A stretch of 64,000 nt of DNA from an uncultured Acidobacteriota bacterium (lineage in GTDB: Bacteria; Acidobacteriota; Vicinamibacteria; Vicinamibacterales; CAVVIG01): positions 60,632 through 124,631 of the forward strand of contig CAVSWN010000010.1 of NCBI GenBank assembly GCA_963731545.1. The letters are read 5' to 3'. Below the pieces are notes generated by a model that did no database searches, was not told the origin of the DNA, and worked only from the letters and a program-made list of their open reading frames with translations. Position numbers and translations under genes: made by a program. Position 1 is the stretch's first letter. Every line of letters starts with the position of its first letter. Positions 15,466 through 35,977 of the stretch are shown here, piece by piece.

Positions 15466-15541
15466 AGGCCAGTAGCTCAATTGGCAGAGCACCGGTCTCC
15501 AAAACCGGGGGTTGGGGGTTCGATTCCCTCCTGGCCTGCCA
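15466..15541 (+). tRNA. tRNA-Trp (anticodon CCA)
   Basis: Acceptor AGGCCAG/CTGGCCT, anticodon arm CCGGT-CTCCAAA-ACCGG, T-loop TTCGATT, encoded CCA. It starts immediately after the rpmG stop codon. Confidence 0.88.
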
Positions 15542-15593
15542 GCTCCCTTCGGGAAGTTAGAAGTGAGAAGTGAGAACTTAGAAGTAGAAAGAC

Positions 15594-15842
15594 ATGGCTG
15601 AGACGACAACGCTCGAAACGATGAAAGAGGCGACCGGCGGGCGCATCGAGCGCGCGCGGTTGTTCCTCAGCGAGGTGCGCAACGAGCTGAAGCGCGTCAC
15701 CTGGCCGTCGCAGAAAGAAGTGTATGCCACGACAGTGGTCGTCATCCTGACGTCGATTTTCTTCGGCCTGTATCTCTTCGCGCTGGATCAGGTGCTGCTC
15801 AGCGGGGTCCAGTGGATCTTTCGCAGGTTCGGTGCGGCGTGA
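15594..15842 (+). CDS. secE: preprotein translocase subunit SecE
   Basis: 82 aa with ELKRVTWPS followed by a single C-terminal TM helix, at the conserved position before nusG. Confidence 0.9.
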   Translation: MAETTTLETMKEATGGRIERARLFLSEVRNELKRVTWPSQKEVYATTVVVILTSIFFGLYLFALDQVLLSGVQWIFRRFGAA

Positions 15843-16384
15843 TGACCGACGACGCTCAGAAGAATTGGTACATCGTCCACACGTATTCGGGATTCGAGAA
15901 GAAGGTGGCCGAGTCGCTCACCGAGCGGGTCAAGGCCTACGGACTGCAGCAGGACATCGGCGAAGTGCTGATTCCGACCGAAGACGTCGTCGAGATGCGC
16001 GGCGGCAAGAAAGTGGTCACGGCGAAGCGGTTCTTTCCCGGCTACATCCTGGTCGAGATGAACATGTCCGACCACGCCTGGCACGTGGTGAAGAACACGC
16101 CGAAAGTGACCGGGTTCGTGGGCGCGGGCGCCAAGCCGACGCCGCTCAGCAAGGACGAAGTCGAGCAGATTCTGCAGCAGGTGCGGACGGCGGCGGAGAA
16201 GCCGAAGCCGAAGTACATGTTCGAGAAGGGCGAGCAGGTGCGGATCAACGAAGGCCCGTTCACCAGCTTCAACGGCGTGGTCGACGAAGTGAATCTCGAC
16301 AAGAACACGCTGAAGGTGATGGTGACGATCTTCGGCCGATCGACGCCCGTCGAACTGGATTTCCTGCAAGTGGAAAAGATATAG
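15842..16384 (+). CDS. nusG: transcription termination/antitermination factor NusG
   Basis: The ATG at 15842 overlaps the secE TGA. It has [15 protein letters not shown] (NGN domain) and a KOW motif [21 protein letters not shown]. Confidence 0.95.
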   Translation: MTDDAQKNWYIVHTYSGFEKKVAESLTERVKAYGLQQDIGEVLIPTEDVVEMRGGKKVVTAKRFFPGYILVEMNMSDHAWHVVKNTPKVTGFVGAGAKPTPLSKDEVEQILQQVRTAAEKPKPKYMFEKGEQVRINEGPFTSFNGVVDEVNLDKNTLKVMVTIFGRSTPVELDFLQVEKI

Positions 16385-16390
16385 GCGCGT

Positions 16391-16816
16391 ATGGCCAAGA
16401 AAATTCAGGCAATGGTGAAGCTCCAGATTGCCGCCGGCAAAGCGACGCCGGCGCCGCCCGTGGGGACCGCGCTCGGTCCGCAGGGCGTGAACATCATGGA
16501 CTTCTGCAAGAACTTCAACTCGAAGACGGCGAAGGACGAAGGCCTCATCATCCCCGTCGTCGTCACCGTGTACGCGGACCGCTCGTATTCGTTCATCACC
16601 AAGACGCCGCCGGCCGCCGTGCTCCTGAAGCGCGCGGCCAACATCGCCAAGGGATCGGCCGAACCGAACAAGAACAAGGTCGGCACGGTCACGGCGAAGC
16701 AGGTCGAGGAGATCGCGAAGATCAAGCTGCCGGACCTGAACGCCGAGTCGCTTGAATCGGCGATGAAGACCGTGGCCGGCACGGCGCGGAGCATGGGGTT
16801 GGATGTGATCGGGTAG
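16391..16816 (+). CDS. rplK: 50S ribosomal protein L11
   Basis: Intact 141 aa, with ...[31 protein letters not shown]... Confidence 0.97.
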   Translation: MAKKIQAMVKLQIAAGKATPAPPVGTALGPQGVNIMDFCKNFNSKTAKDEGLIIPVVVTVYADRSYSFITKTPPAAVLLKRAANIAKGSAEPNKNKVGTVTAKQVEEIAKIKLPDLNAESLESAMKTVAGTARSMGLDVIG

Positions 16817-16906
16817 GTCCGCCTGAAGGCGGACCCCACGTACGACTCCAGTGTTACGTGAACTCGAGCAGTACGTGGGGTCCGGCTTTAGCCGGACCTA
16901 CGTGGG
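16813..16906. repeat. inverted pair of REP-like palindromic elements in the rplK-rplA spacer
   Basis: GTAGGTCCGCCTGAAGGCGGACCCCACGTAC (16813-16843) and GTACGTGGGGTCCGGCTTTAGCCGGACCTAC (16871-16901). Each contains an 8-bp stem and a 4-nt loop. Confidence 0.6.
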
Positions 16907-16948
16907 AGAGCGCGAAAGCAGGGCTCGTTAGAACCACAGGAGGACCAT

Positions 16949-17656
16949 ATGAAGAAGCACGGGAAGAAATTCACCGCCGCCAGAGCGCAAGTCGCGGCCG
17001 ATCGGACCTATTCGATCGAAGACGCGATGCCGCTGATGCAGAAAGTCAAGTTCGCCAAGTTCGATGAGACGGTCGAACTGTCGCTGCGGCTTGGCGTCGA
17101 CCCGAAGCACGCGGACCAGATGGTGCGCGGCACCGTGGTCCTGCCGCACGGGTTGGGCAAGAGCAAGCGGGTCCTCGCCATCGCCGGCGGCGACAAGCAG
17201 AAGGAAGCGTCGGACGCGGGCGCGGACGTGGTCGGCGGCGAGGAGATGGTGGAGAAGATCCAGGGCGGCTTCATGGATTTCGAGGCCGTGGTCGCGACGC
17301 CGGACATGATGCGGGCGGTCGGCAAGCTCGGCAAGGTGCTCGGCCCGCGCGGGCTGATGCCGAACCCGAAGACCGGCACCGTGACCACCGACATCGCGAA
17401 GGCGGTCAAGGAAATCAAGGCCGGCAAGGTGGAGTTCCGCGTCGACAAGACGGGCATCATCCACGCGCCGGTCGGCAAGACCTCGTTCGCCACCCCGTCG
17501 CTCGTCGCCAACGCGCACGCGCTCGTCGAGAGCATCGTGAAAGCGAAGCCGTCGGCGGCGAAGGGCAAGTACCTGCGGAGCGTCACGGTGTCCTCGACGA
17601 TGGGCCCGGGGATCCGCATCGACACGACGAACATCGAAGCCACCGCGAAGCATTAA
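16949..17656 (+). CDS. rplA: 50S ribosomal protein L1
   Basis: Intact 235 aa with typical L1 sequence ([23 protein letters not shown]...). Confidence 0.97.
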   Translation: MKKHGKKFTAARAQVAADRTYSIEDAMPLMQKVKFAKFDETVELSLRLGVDPKHADQMVRGTVVLPHGLGKSKRVLAIAGGDKQKEASDAGADVVGGEEMVEKIQGGFMDFEAVVATPDMMRAVGKLGKVLGPRGLMPNPKTGTVTTDIAKAVKEIKAGKVEFRVDKTGIIHAPVGKTSFATPSLVANAHALVESIVKAKPSAAKGKYLRSVTVSSTMGPGIRIDTTNIEATAKH

Positions 17657-17665
17657 GGATCCGAC

Positions 17666-18193
17666 ATGTCTGTTTCGAAAGCTGAAAAGGTCGCCGAGCT
17701 CGAGGAGCTCCATGCGGCGTTCAAAGGATCGGACAGCGCGATCCTGATCGACTACAAGGGCATCAACGTGCCCCAGGTGACCGAACTGCGGCGGCAGCTG
17801 CGCGGCGCGAAGGCGACCTACAAGGTCGTCAAGAACACGCTCGCCAGGCGCGCGCTCAAGGGGACGGCGTTCGAATCCCTCGAAAAGCATTTCGAGGGCA
17901 CGACGGCGGTCGCCTACACGACCACCGATCCGGTCGCGCTCGCCAAGACGCTGACCGGCTTCGTGAAGACCGCGCCGATGCTGAAGATCAAGGCGGCCGT
18001 CGTTCAGGGCCGCGCGATCCGGCCGGCGGAGGTGACCGACCTGGCCGCGCTGCCAGGCAAGCCGGAGCTGTACGCGAAGCTCCTGTTCGTGCTGCAGGCG
18101 CCGATGGTCCAGATTGTCAGCGTGTTGAACGCCGCCCCGCGCGATCTGATGAGCGTGCTGGTGCAGGCGGAGAAGAAAAGATCTGAGTCGTAA
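17666..18193 (+). CDS. rplJ: 50S ribosomal protein L10
   Basis: Intact 175 aa, at the conserved position between rplA and rplL. Confidence 0.95.
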   Translation: MSVSKAEKVAELEELHAAFKGSDSAILIDYKGINVPQVTELRRQLRGAKATYKVVKNTLARRALKGTAFESLEKHFEGTTAVAYTTTDPVALAKTLTGFVKTAPMLKIKAAVVQGRAIRPAEVTDLAALPGKPELYAKLLFVLQAPMVQIVSVLNAAPRDLMSVLVQAEKKRSES

Positions 18194-18226
18194 GGCTCTC
18201 AGGTAGCTACGAAGGAGACAGGAAAA

Positions 18227-18616
18227 ATGGCCGAAGTGACGCAGCAGCAAGTTGTCGATTACATCAAGGGCATCAGCGTGCTGGAGCTGTCCCAGCTCGT
18301 GAAGACGCTCGAGACCGAGCTCGGCGTGTCAGCCGCGGCGGCCATGCCGATGGCGATGCCGATGGGCGGCGGCGGGGCCGCGGCGGCGGCGCCGGCGGAA
18401 GAGAAGACCGAGTTCACCGTGACGCTCACCGATTTCGGCGCCAACAAGATCAACGTCATCAAGGTCGTGCGCGAGATCACCGCGCTCGGCCTGAAGGAAG
18501 CCAAGGACCTCGTCGAGAGCGTGCCCAAGGCCGTCAAGGAAGCGATCCCCAAGGAAGAGGCCGAGGCGATCAAGAAGAAGTTCGAGGAAGTCGGCGCGAA
18601 GGTCGAGGTCAAGTAG
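18227..18616 (+). CDS. rplL: 50S ribosomal protein L7/L12
   Basis: Intact 129 aa with an Ala/Gly-rich hinge and the C-terminal domain ...[24 protein letters not shown]... Confidence 0.97.
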   Translation: MAEVTQQQVVDYIKGISVLELSQLVKTLETELGVSAAAAMPMAMPMGGGGAAAAAPAEEKTEFTVTLTDFGANKINVIKVVREITALGLKEAKDLVESVPKAVKEAIPKEEAEAIKKKFEEVGAKVEVK

Positions 18617-18645
18617 ACGACCACCGGGATCTGGGGGTCGGGTTT

Positions 18646-18695
18646 TCGGGATCGTGATCGGGATCTCGGACCGAATCCCGATTTCACGATCCCGA
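18646..18695 (+). promoter_or_regulatory. long hairpin in the rplL-rpoB spacer (attenuator or processing-site candidate)
   Basis: TCGGGATCGTGATCGGGAT (18646-18664) pairs with ATCCCGATTTCACGATCCCGA (18675-18695) with a 2-nt bulge. The loop is 10 nt and there is no U-tract. Confidence 0.4.
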
Positions 18696-18746
18696 ATCCG
18701 CGAGTCACGCGTTCGGTTTGCGCTCTTTTTCCTCGAGGTCTAACGA

Positions 18747-23039
<4,293 letters not shown>

Positions 23040-23043
23040 ATAG

Positions 23044-27259
<4,216 letters not shown>

Positions 27260-27301
27260 ATCAATAGGGTGTAGCGCGACCCTTTCAGGGTCGCGATTCC
27301 G

Positions 27302-27333
27302 GGGCGACGGTCGAAAGATCGTCGCCCTTTTTT
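27302..27333 (+). terminator. intrinsic terminator after rpoC
   Basis: GGGCGACGGTC-GAAA-GATCGTCGCCC stem-loop followed by TTTTTT. It is preceded by a second hairpin GCGACCC-TTTC-AGGGTCGC at 27276-27294. Confidence 0.75.
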
Positions 27334-27429
27334 CATTTGCGCTGATTCGCGTGGACTGTCCTCCTGAAATCAACGCTTGATCTGCTGGCGCGTTCGACTA
27401 TCCTGAGCGGAACCAGCTCAACAATATCC

Positions 27430-28739
27430 ATGACCTCCGTTCCCTCTCAGTCGAAAGCCGGGCGGTGTCGCATGGCTTTTCATGCAGCCCAGCGATTGTG
27501 CGTCGCTGGATTCGGCGTCCTTCTTTTCATCGCGAGCATGTCGCAGCTTCAGCTGTCGGCCTCAGAGGCGGTCGGCTCGTTGTTCATCGAATCCGAGCCA
27601 GCGGGAGCATCGGTGTACATCGACGGTCGAATGGCGGGCGAGACTCCGCTGACGGTCGAGACGCTTCGCCCCGGCGTGCACCGCGTGCGGCTCGTGCGGC
27701 TGGGATATCTTGAAAACAGCCGGCTGGTCACAGTGAAAGCCGCCAGCCGCGCGACGCTGCGCACGCGGCTGACCTCACCGCGCCCACAGAATGCACCGGG
27801 CCAGGCCGCCCTGAAGATCGTCGTCCTCGACGGTGAAGGGGCAATCAACATCATCCAGCAGAAGACGGCGACCGCCCCGGTCATCGAAGTGCGCGACCAG
27901 AACGATCTGCCGGTCGCCGGCGCTGCGGTGCGATTCGGCATCCGCAGCGGGCGGGCCGCGTTCGGCGGCGCCCGCACGTTGTCCGTGACCACCGATGCGG
28001 CCGGTCGGGCGGTCGCGACCGGATTCGCGCCGACTGGCAGCGGAGCACTGCAGATCACTGCCACCGCGACGTTCCAGGGCCAGGCGGCCGCGGTCACGAT
28101 CGCGCAAACCACCGTGACAACGGTTGCGCAGGCAGCGGCCGTCTCGGGCGCGGGCGCGAGCGGGGCCAGCGGCGGCGCGTCCGCAGGAGCTGGCGCCGGT
28201 GCCGGTGGCGGCGGACTTTCGACGACGACGATTGGCGTCATCGCCGGCGCCGTCGCGGGCGGCGCGTTCGTGGCGAAGGAACTGGTCTCCCAGCCCCTCG
28301 TGCTTTACAAGGGCAACTACTCGGGCAACGTCAACGATGTGTTCCCTGCTTCGTTGTCATTCTGTTCCAGGACTATTGCCCATGCGGGAACCGTGCAGGT
28401 CGACATAGAGGTGGGCAGCGACGGCAGGGTCACCGGTGAAGGCGGGGTGGAGGGGACAATGCAAATGGTGTCGTTCTCAGGCGGAAACCTCTGTGCGATC
28501 AACTCCGCAACACAACCCCACGGCTGCTGCACTCCGGCGCCAGCTGTGCAGGGGACGGCATCGAGTTTCACGTTCAGCGGGAGTCATGGCAACGCTAACG
28601 TCACGGTTACCTACGACTTTGCCGGCTCGCTCAATGGCGACGTCGTGACCGGTACTTTTACGTTTACGGGCGTTGGGGCCGGCATGGGGCCGGCCAGGTC
28701 AATCGCGCCGTCTTTCCCGTGACGCTGCAGAAACAGTAG
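27430..28739 (+). CDS. PEGA plus Ig-like (Big_1-type) domain membrane protein, paralog 1; -1 frame change near 28690 truncates the listed ORF at 28722
   Basis: N-terminal TM/signal anchor; PEGA block LFIESEPAGASVYIDGRMAGETPLTVETLRPGVHRVRLVRLGY; Ig-like block VIEVRDQNDLPVAGAAVRF...TTDAAGRAVA...GALQITATA; Gly/Ala/Ser-rich linker; TM TIGVIAGAVAGGAFVA; Cys-containing C-terminal domain. Comparison with paralog 2 shows one missing base, and restoring it gives ...GQVNRAVFPVTLQKQ. Confidence 0.7.
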
Positions 28740-28780
28740 CAGTCGACGACAAGCCGGACGGGCGCCGTAGAATACGCGGC

Positions 28781-30175
<1,395 letters not shown>

Positions 30176-30179
<4 letters not shown>

Positions 30180-31060
30180 CCCGCCGCGATTTTCTGACGC
30201 GCGCATGTGCCGCATCCGCCTTCGTCCCGGCGATTGGCCGGGCGCAGACGACAGACCCGAGTCCGGTGCGCGTCCGCGTCGGGATGACCGACTGGAATCT
30301 CGGCCAGCGGGGCGACATCACGAAGATCGCGCTCGCGCGCGAGATCGGGCTCGACGGCATTCAGGTCAGCATCACGTATCCGACCGACGGCAGGACGCCG
30401 ACGCTGCGCGATCCCGCGACGCAGGCCGCGTTCCGGCGCGCCGCGCTCGACAACGGGATTCAGATCTGCTCGCTGGCGATTGGGTCGCCGGGGCGTTCGC
30501 GGCTGCCCCTGCACACCAATCCGGCTGCCGCCATCCTGCTCGTCGAAGCCGTGGAGGTGGCGCGCAACATCGGCACCAACAACATCCTGCTGCCGATCCT
30601 CGGCGACAGTCATATCGACATGTCGAGCCAGTCGCAGGTCGACACGTTCGTCGCGATGATGAAAGAGGTGGCGCGCCACGCGGAGCGGCACGACGTCGTC
30701 GTCGCGATCGAAGACTGGATTTCCGCGGAGGACAATCGCCGATTGCTGGACGCCATCGGCTCGGATCACGTGGCCATCTACTACGACGCACACAACCTGG
30801 TCACGCGCGTGAAAGGCGATATCTACGCGGAGCCGAAGATGCTCGGCCGCAGCATCAACCAGATTCATGTCAAGAACGCCGAGATGCTGTTGTCGCAGCC
30901 GGGCGGCCGGATCGACTGGCCGCGCATGGCCCAGCAGTTCTACGACATCGGCTACCGCGGCTGGTACGTCCTCGAGACCGGCTCGCCGACGAAGGACATC
31001 GTCGCCGACACCCGCGCGAACATCGAATACGTGAAGAAGACATTTCGCATGCCGGCTTGA
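30176..31060 (+). CDS. sugar phosphate isomerase/epimerase (xylose-isomerase-like TIM barrel) with TAT signal
   Basis: The ATG overlaps the upstream stop (ATGA). It has MTRRDFLTRACAASAFVPAIGRAQT and TIM-barrel blocks (GLDGIQV..., VVVAIEDW..., GYRGWYVLE). It forms the tail of the chimeric ORF 28673..31060. Confidence 0.8.
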
Positions 31061-31115
31061 CGGCGGCGAAACCCGCCCGATCGGCTATCCTATGCGCACC
31101 AGCTCAGCGATAGCC

Positions 31116-32426
31116 ATGGACTCCGTTCTCTATCAACCGAACACCGTGAAGCGTCGCAGAGCCTTTCAAGTAGTCCTGCGATTGTTTGTCGCAGGATTCG
31201 GCGCACTTTCTTTCATCGCGAGCATGTCGCAGCTTCAGCTGTCGGCCTCAGAGGCAGTCGGCTCGCTGTTCATCGAATCCGAGCCAGCGGGAGCATCGGT
31301 GTACATCGACGGTCGATTGGCGGGCGAGACTCCGCTGACGGTCGAGACGCTTCGCCCCGGCGAGCACCGCGTGCGGCTCGTGCGGCTGGGGTATCTGGAA
31401 AACAGCCGGCTGGTCACTGTGAAAGCCGGCAGCCGCGCGACGCTGCGCACGCGGCTGACCTCACCGCGGCCGCAGAATGCACCGGGCCAGGCGGCCCTGA
31501 AGATCGTCGTCCTCGACGGTGAAGGGGCAATCAACATCATCCAGCAGAAGACGGCGACCCCCCCGGTCATCGCAGTGCGCGACCAGAACGATCTGCCGGT
31601 CGCCGGCGCTGCGGTGCGATTCGGCATCCGCAGCGGGCGGGCCGCGTTCGGCGGCGCCCGCACGTTGTCCGTGACCACCGATGCGGCCGGTCGGGCGGTC
31701 GCGACCGGATTCGCGCCGACTGGCAGCGGAGCACTGCAGATCACTGCCACCGCGACGTTCCAGGGCCAGGCGGCGGCGGTCACGATCGCGCAAACCACCG
31801 TGACGACGGTTGCGCAGGCAGCGGCCGTCTCGGGCGCGGGCGCGAGCGGGGCCAGCGGCGGCGCGTCCGCAGGAGCAGGCGCCGGTGCGGGTGGCGGCGG
31901 ACTTTCTTCGACGACGATTGGCGTCATCGCCGGCGCCGTCGCGGGCGGCGCGTTCGTGGCCAAGGAACTGGTCGCCCAGTCCGGCGCGACGTACAAAGGC
32001 AACTACTCGGGCAACGTCAACACGGTGTTCCCTGCTTCGTTGTCATTCTGTTCCAGGACTATGGCAAATGCGGGGACCGTGGAGATCGACGTAGAGGTGG
32101 GCAGCGACGGCAGGGTCACCGGTGAAGGCGGGGTGAACGGCACAACGCAAATGGTGTCGTTCTCAGGCCCAAACATCTGCGCGATCAACGCCGGCACACA
32201 ACCCCACGGCTGCTGCACTCCGGCGCCGCCCGTGCAAGGGACGACATCGAGTTTCACGTTCAGCGGGAGTCATGGCAACGCTAATGTCACGGTTACCTAC
32301 GACTTTGCCGGCTCGCTCAATGGCGACGTCGTGACCGGTACTTTTACGCTTACGTGGATTGGGGCCGGCGTTGGGGCCGGCCAGATCGATCGCGGCGTCT
32401 TTCCCGTGACGCTGCAGAAACAGTAG
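31116..32426 (+). CDS. PEGA plus Ig-like domain membrane protein, paralog 2 (intact)
   Basis: It has the same architecture as 27430..28739. The ATG at 31116 aligns with the ATG at 27430 (the listed ORF starts at 31092). Confidence 0.75.
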   Translation: MDSVLYQPNTVKRRRAFQVVLRLFVAGFGALSFIASMSQLQLSASEAVGSLFIESEPAGASVYIDGRLAGETPLTVETLRPGEHRVRLVRLGYLENSRLVTVKAGSRATLRTRLTSPRPQNAPGQAALKIVVLDGEGAINIIQQKTATPPVIAVRDQNDLPVAGAAVRFGIRSGRAAFGGARTLSVTTDAAGRAVATGFAPTGSGALQITATATFQGQAAAVTIAQTTVTTVAQAAAVSGAGASGASGGASAGAGAGAGGGGLSSTTIGVIAGAVAGGAFVAKELVAQSGATYKGNYSGNVNTVFPASLSFCSRTMANAGTVEIDVEVGSDGRVTGEGGVNGTTQMVSFSGPNICAINAGTQPHGCCTPAPPVQGTTSSFTFSGSHGNANVTVTYDFAGSLNGDVVTGTFTLTWIGAGVGAGQIDRGVFPVTLQKQ

Positions 32427-32433
32427 CAGTCTC

Positions 32434-33615
32434 GTGGGCATGCCGAGAATCGATACGGGCCGAACGCTTCTCGTCCTTCTCGCAAGCGTCACGATGTTCG
32501 CGCCAATGACCGCGCAGCAGCCGCGCACCACCGCGGCCAAGGGCGGGGACGATCGCAACGGGGCGTACGAAGCCGTCGCCAATTGGTGGAAGCCGGCGCC
32601 GGAGCACGACGCCGTCTGGACCTGGGGCGAGGTGTCCGGCGTTGCCGCCGATACGCCCGACCGCATCATCGTCGCCGTGTGGGGCGATCGCGAATCGTCA
32701 GAATCAGGAACGACCGGACGGGACCAACTATCTCGTCGTGGTCAATCGCAACGGCGACATCATCGAGCGCTGGCAGCAGTGGGACTCGATCCTCAACAAA
32801 CCGCACCAGGTCTACATCAGTCCGTACGATCCCGAGCGCCACGTCTGGATCGTCGAACGCGGCGGCGGCCGCAACGTCCCGATGACTGTCCTGAAGTTCA
32901 CGAATGACGGCAAGCGCCTGGTGATGCGTCTGGGCGACGGCAACGATCCGCGTACGCGCGCGGAAGCACGCGCCAACCCCAAACCGGGCCCGTTCGATTA
33001 CGGCGATCCCGCATGTCTGGCGTTTCTCCCGGACGGCAGTTTTTTCCTTGCCGACGGCTACTGGAATTCGCGCATCGTCCAATACAACGCGAAGGGCGAG
33101 TACCTGATGGAATGGGGTGAACTCGGCACAGGCCCGGGACAGTTCGATCTCGTCCACGGGTAGCGGTCGAACTGATCGCCGCGTCTACGTGGCCGATCGC
33201 TCGAACAATCGCATTCAGGTGTTCACCGAGAGCGGCACGTTCATCGAGCAATGGCCGGATATCAGCGATCCGGTCGGCGTCTACATCGACGAGATGCGAA
33301 GCGGTGTGGGTGGTGTCGGCCGCGCTGAACCGGATCCTCAAATACAACCGCGATGGCGCGCTGCAGTATTACTGGGGAGCGTATGGCGGCACGCGAGGCG
33401 GCTTCGCCGGTGGACTGTCACGGCCACATCAGATGGATGTCGATAGAGACGGGCAACGTTTACATCGCAAGCTGGGACGGTGGCTGGGTGACGAAGTACG
33501 TTCCCGGTCCGGTGCCGATCCAAGCCGATTGGTGGGCCGCCAGCTGCGCACCGGCCGCTGCCACCGGCCGACCGCATCGGCAGGCGTGATCGCCTGGCCG
33601 GCATCCAGCATCTGA
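32434..33615 (+). pseudogene. NHL-repeat beta-propeller protein (PAL-like), as-sequenced with 4-5 frame changes; 3' end 33589 or 33615 unresolved
   Basis: A signal peptide (ORF 32434) is followed by fragments in ORFs 32642, 33117, 33304 and 33353, with NHL signatures ...FLADGYWNSRIVQYNAKGEYLMEWGELGTGPGQFDLVHG / RVYVADRSNNRIQVF / ...NRILKYNRDG... / GNVYIASWDGGWVTKY. Confidence 0.65.
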
Positions 33616-33708
33616 ATCCTCGTGACACCTGGACGAACGCGTGCGCCACCGGCATCAGCAGCGGATCGACGGCCGGCAGCGGTCCACGCTGCCACACCTC
33701 GGGCGCTG

Positions 33709-35488
33709 TCATCGCAGCCCCGGCGGCGGCGTTCTCTTCTTCGTCGCCTGCTCGAACGCATACGCCAGCTGCAGCAGCTTCGGCTCGCTGCACGCGCCCC
33801 CGGTAAATCCGACGCCGAACGGCTGCGGCTTCGGGTCGAACCCAGCGGGGAGTGGGAGCGGCGGCGGAGCCGGGCGTCGCCGCCGGCCGTCGCCACCGCG
33901 GCCGCCCCGGCCTCCGGCTCCGACGTTGGTTGCGGGATTCGGAATCATGCCGAACGGCACGAGCACGGTGGGGTAGCCCGGCTTCGACGCGATGCCGGCG
34001 CTCCCGGGGCCGGGGAACAGCAGCGCGTCGAGGTTGTTCGCCTTCATCGCGGCGTCGATGCCGTTGGTGCCGAAGACGCGGATGTCGCGTGCGCGATCCT
34101 CTTCGTACTTCGCGCGGTCCTTTTCGAGATCGATCCGGTCGGAGTTGTCGAGCTGCGCCTGCCCGTACTTGATCGCGCCGAGTCGCTCGTGCGCGGTGTT
34201 CCACTCGCGCAGCTCGGTGAGCGACTTCACCGGCGCGGCCGGACCGAGCGACGCGAGCCACGTGTTGAAATCGCGCTTCATGCCGTAGTTCAGCACGCTC
34301 GATTGCCCCGCCGTCGCCAGGTTCTCCTTCGGGTCGGTCGCGAGCAGGCTCGGAATGTCCACGTCGATCACGACCGCACCCGCCGCTTTCAGCGCGGCAA
34401 TCGCCTCGTCCATCACGTTCCTCTGCTCCGGGTTGAGGCCGCCGCGTCCGCCGCCGCGGCCGCCGCCGCGCTGGAGCGGCCGGAGCGCCGGCCGCCGGCT
34501 CAGACCTGACGACGGGCGGATCGAAGGCCTCGTAGTAGTTCTTGCGCGGAATGCCGATGCGCGCCCCCTTGAGACCGTCGGCCTTCAGGAACTTCGTGTA
34601 GTCGCGTCCGGGCGGCGGGGTGCACGTCTTGGTGGCCGCGTCGTTCGGATCGGGCGACGCGCTCTCGAGCGCGCCGAACATGATCGCGATGTCGCTGACG
34701 TACTTCGCCATCGGTCCCGGCGTGTCCTGATCCGCGGTGATCGGAATCACGCCGTAGCGGCTGATGCGCCCGACGGTCGGCTTGATCGCCGCGAGCATGT
34801 TCTGGTTCGACGGGCTGAGAATCGAGCCGGAGGTCTCGGTGCCGACGTTGCCGGCCCAGAAGTTCGCCGCGGTGCCGATACCCGAGCTCGAGCCGCCGGT
34901 CTGCAGGATCGGGCGGCCGTCGTTGCGCGGATCGCGCCGTGGATCGTAGGGGTTCATGCCGTAGCCGTGCACGGCGTTGTAGTTGGTCGGCATGCCGGCC
35001 GCGACGTAGTTCGCCAGCTCCGTCAAGCCGGTCTTGGCGATGATGATCGCGCCGGCGTCCTTCAGGTTCTTCGTGAGCGTCGCCTCGTACGGCGGCACCA
35101 GCCACTCGAACGCCAGCGCACCGCCTGTCGTCCGCATGTCGGTCGTGTGGATGTTGTCCTTGAGGGCGATCGGAATGCCGTGCAGCGGCCCGCGGATGCG
35201 ACCCTGCGCCCGCTCACGATCGCGCGCGTCTGCCTCCTCGAGCGCCTTCGGGTTCACCGTGATCGCCGCATGCAGCAGATCCTCGTACTTCGCGATGCGG
35301 GTCAGATACTGCTGGACGATCGCGTGCGACGTCGTCCGGCCCGACTTCATCGCGGCTTGCATCTCGGGAATGCTCGCTTCGAACACGTCGAACGCGGCCG
35401 GCTTCGACGCGGTCGCGGGTTTCTGTTGAGCGGGCGTCTCCGCGCCTGCGGCCAGTGCAAGGACGGCGATAGCGACGATGTGCTTCAT
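33709..35488 (-). CDS. amidase (amidase-signature family) with signal peptide, one frame change near 34500
   Basis: The signature GGSSSGIGTAANFWAGNVGTETSGSILSPS lies in the N-terminal part of ORF 33338..35488. The C-terminal part continues in ORF 33709..34416 (...VMDEAIAALKAAGAVVIDV...GVGFTGGACSEPKLLQLAYAFEQA). Confidence 0.85.
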
Positions 35489-35512
35489 GGCCGGGAAGGA
35501 TAACCCACGAGC

Positions 35513-35977
35513 TCACAAGTCCACGAACTCAACATCGGCGCGCTCGTTCACGATCGTCAGCCTGGCGCAACTCGGTTTGAGTTCGAATCGCCGCGGTCCG
35601 GCCGCTCCGGGATTGACCACCAGACGGTTATCGGCGGACCTGAATACCAGGTGCCGATGCGTGTGACCGTACACGAGGACGTCGGCGGCATACCGAGCCA
35701 GGAGCAGCTCCGGCCGCGGGCTGCCGACCTCGTCGCCGTGGCTCACGTGGATCGTGAGCCCGCCCACACGCAGCGTGCGCTCTCGCGGTAAGAGCGGGTC
35801 TCGCCGATCATCGATGTTCCCTGAGACGGCTTCGATCGAAGCAATCTCGGATAGCTGGCGAAGAACGTCCGCGCCGCCGACGTCGCCGGCATGGATGATG
35901 AGGTCTACGCCCGCCAGCGCCGCCCGCAGCTGCGGGCGGAAGAGGCCGTGCGTGTCGGAAACGAGGCCGATCACCAT
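35513..35977 (-). CDS. YfcE/MJ0936-family metallophosphoesterase
   Basis: Intact 154 aa with SDTHG, HAGDV, GNID, VSHGD and GHTH motifs in order. Confidence 0.85.
   Translation of the reverse strand: MVIGLVSDTHGLFRPQLRAALAGVDLIIHAGDVGGADVLRQLSEIASIEAVSGNIDDRRDPLLPRERTLRVGGLTIHVSHGDEVGSPRPELLLARYAADVLVYGHTHRHLVFRSADNRLVVNPGAAGPRRFELKPSCARLTIVNERADVEFVDL

Noticed and set aside
15542-15593. A purine-rich short repeat (GAAGTTAGAAGTGAGAAGTGAGAACTTAGAAGTAGAAAGA) upstream of secE, considered as a possible CRISPR-like or regulatory repeat.
   Set aside because: It is far too short and irregular for a CRISPR array and has no spacers. It is most likely just an AT/purine-rich leader and RBS region.
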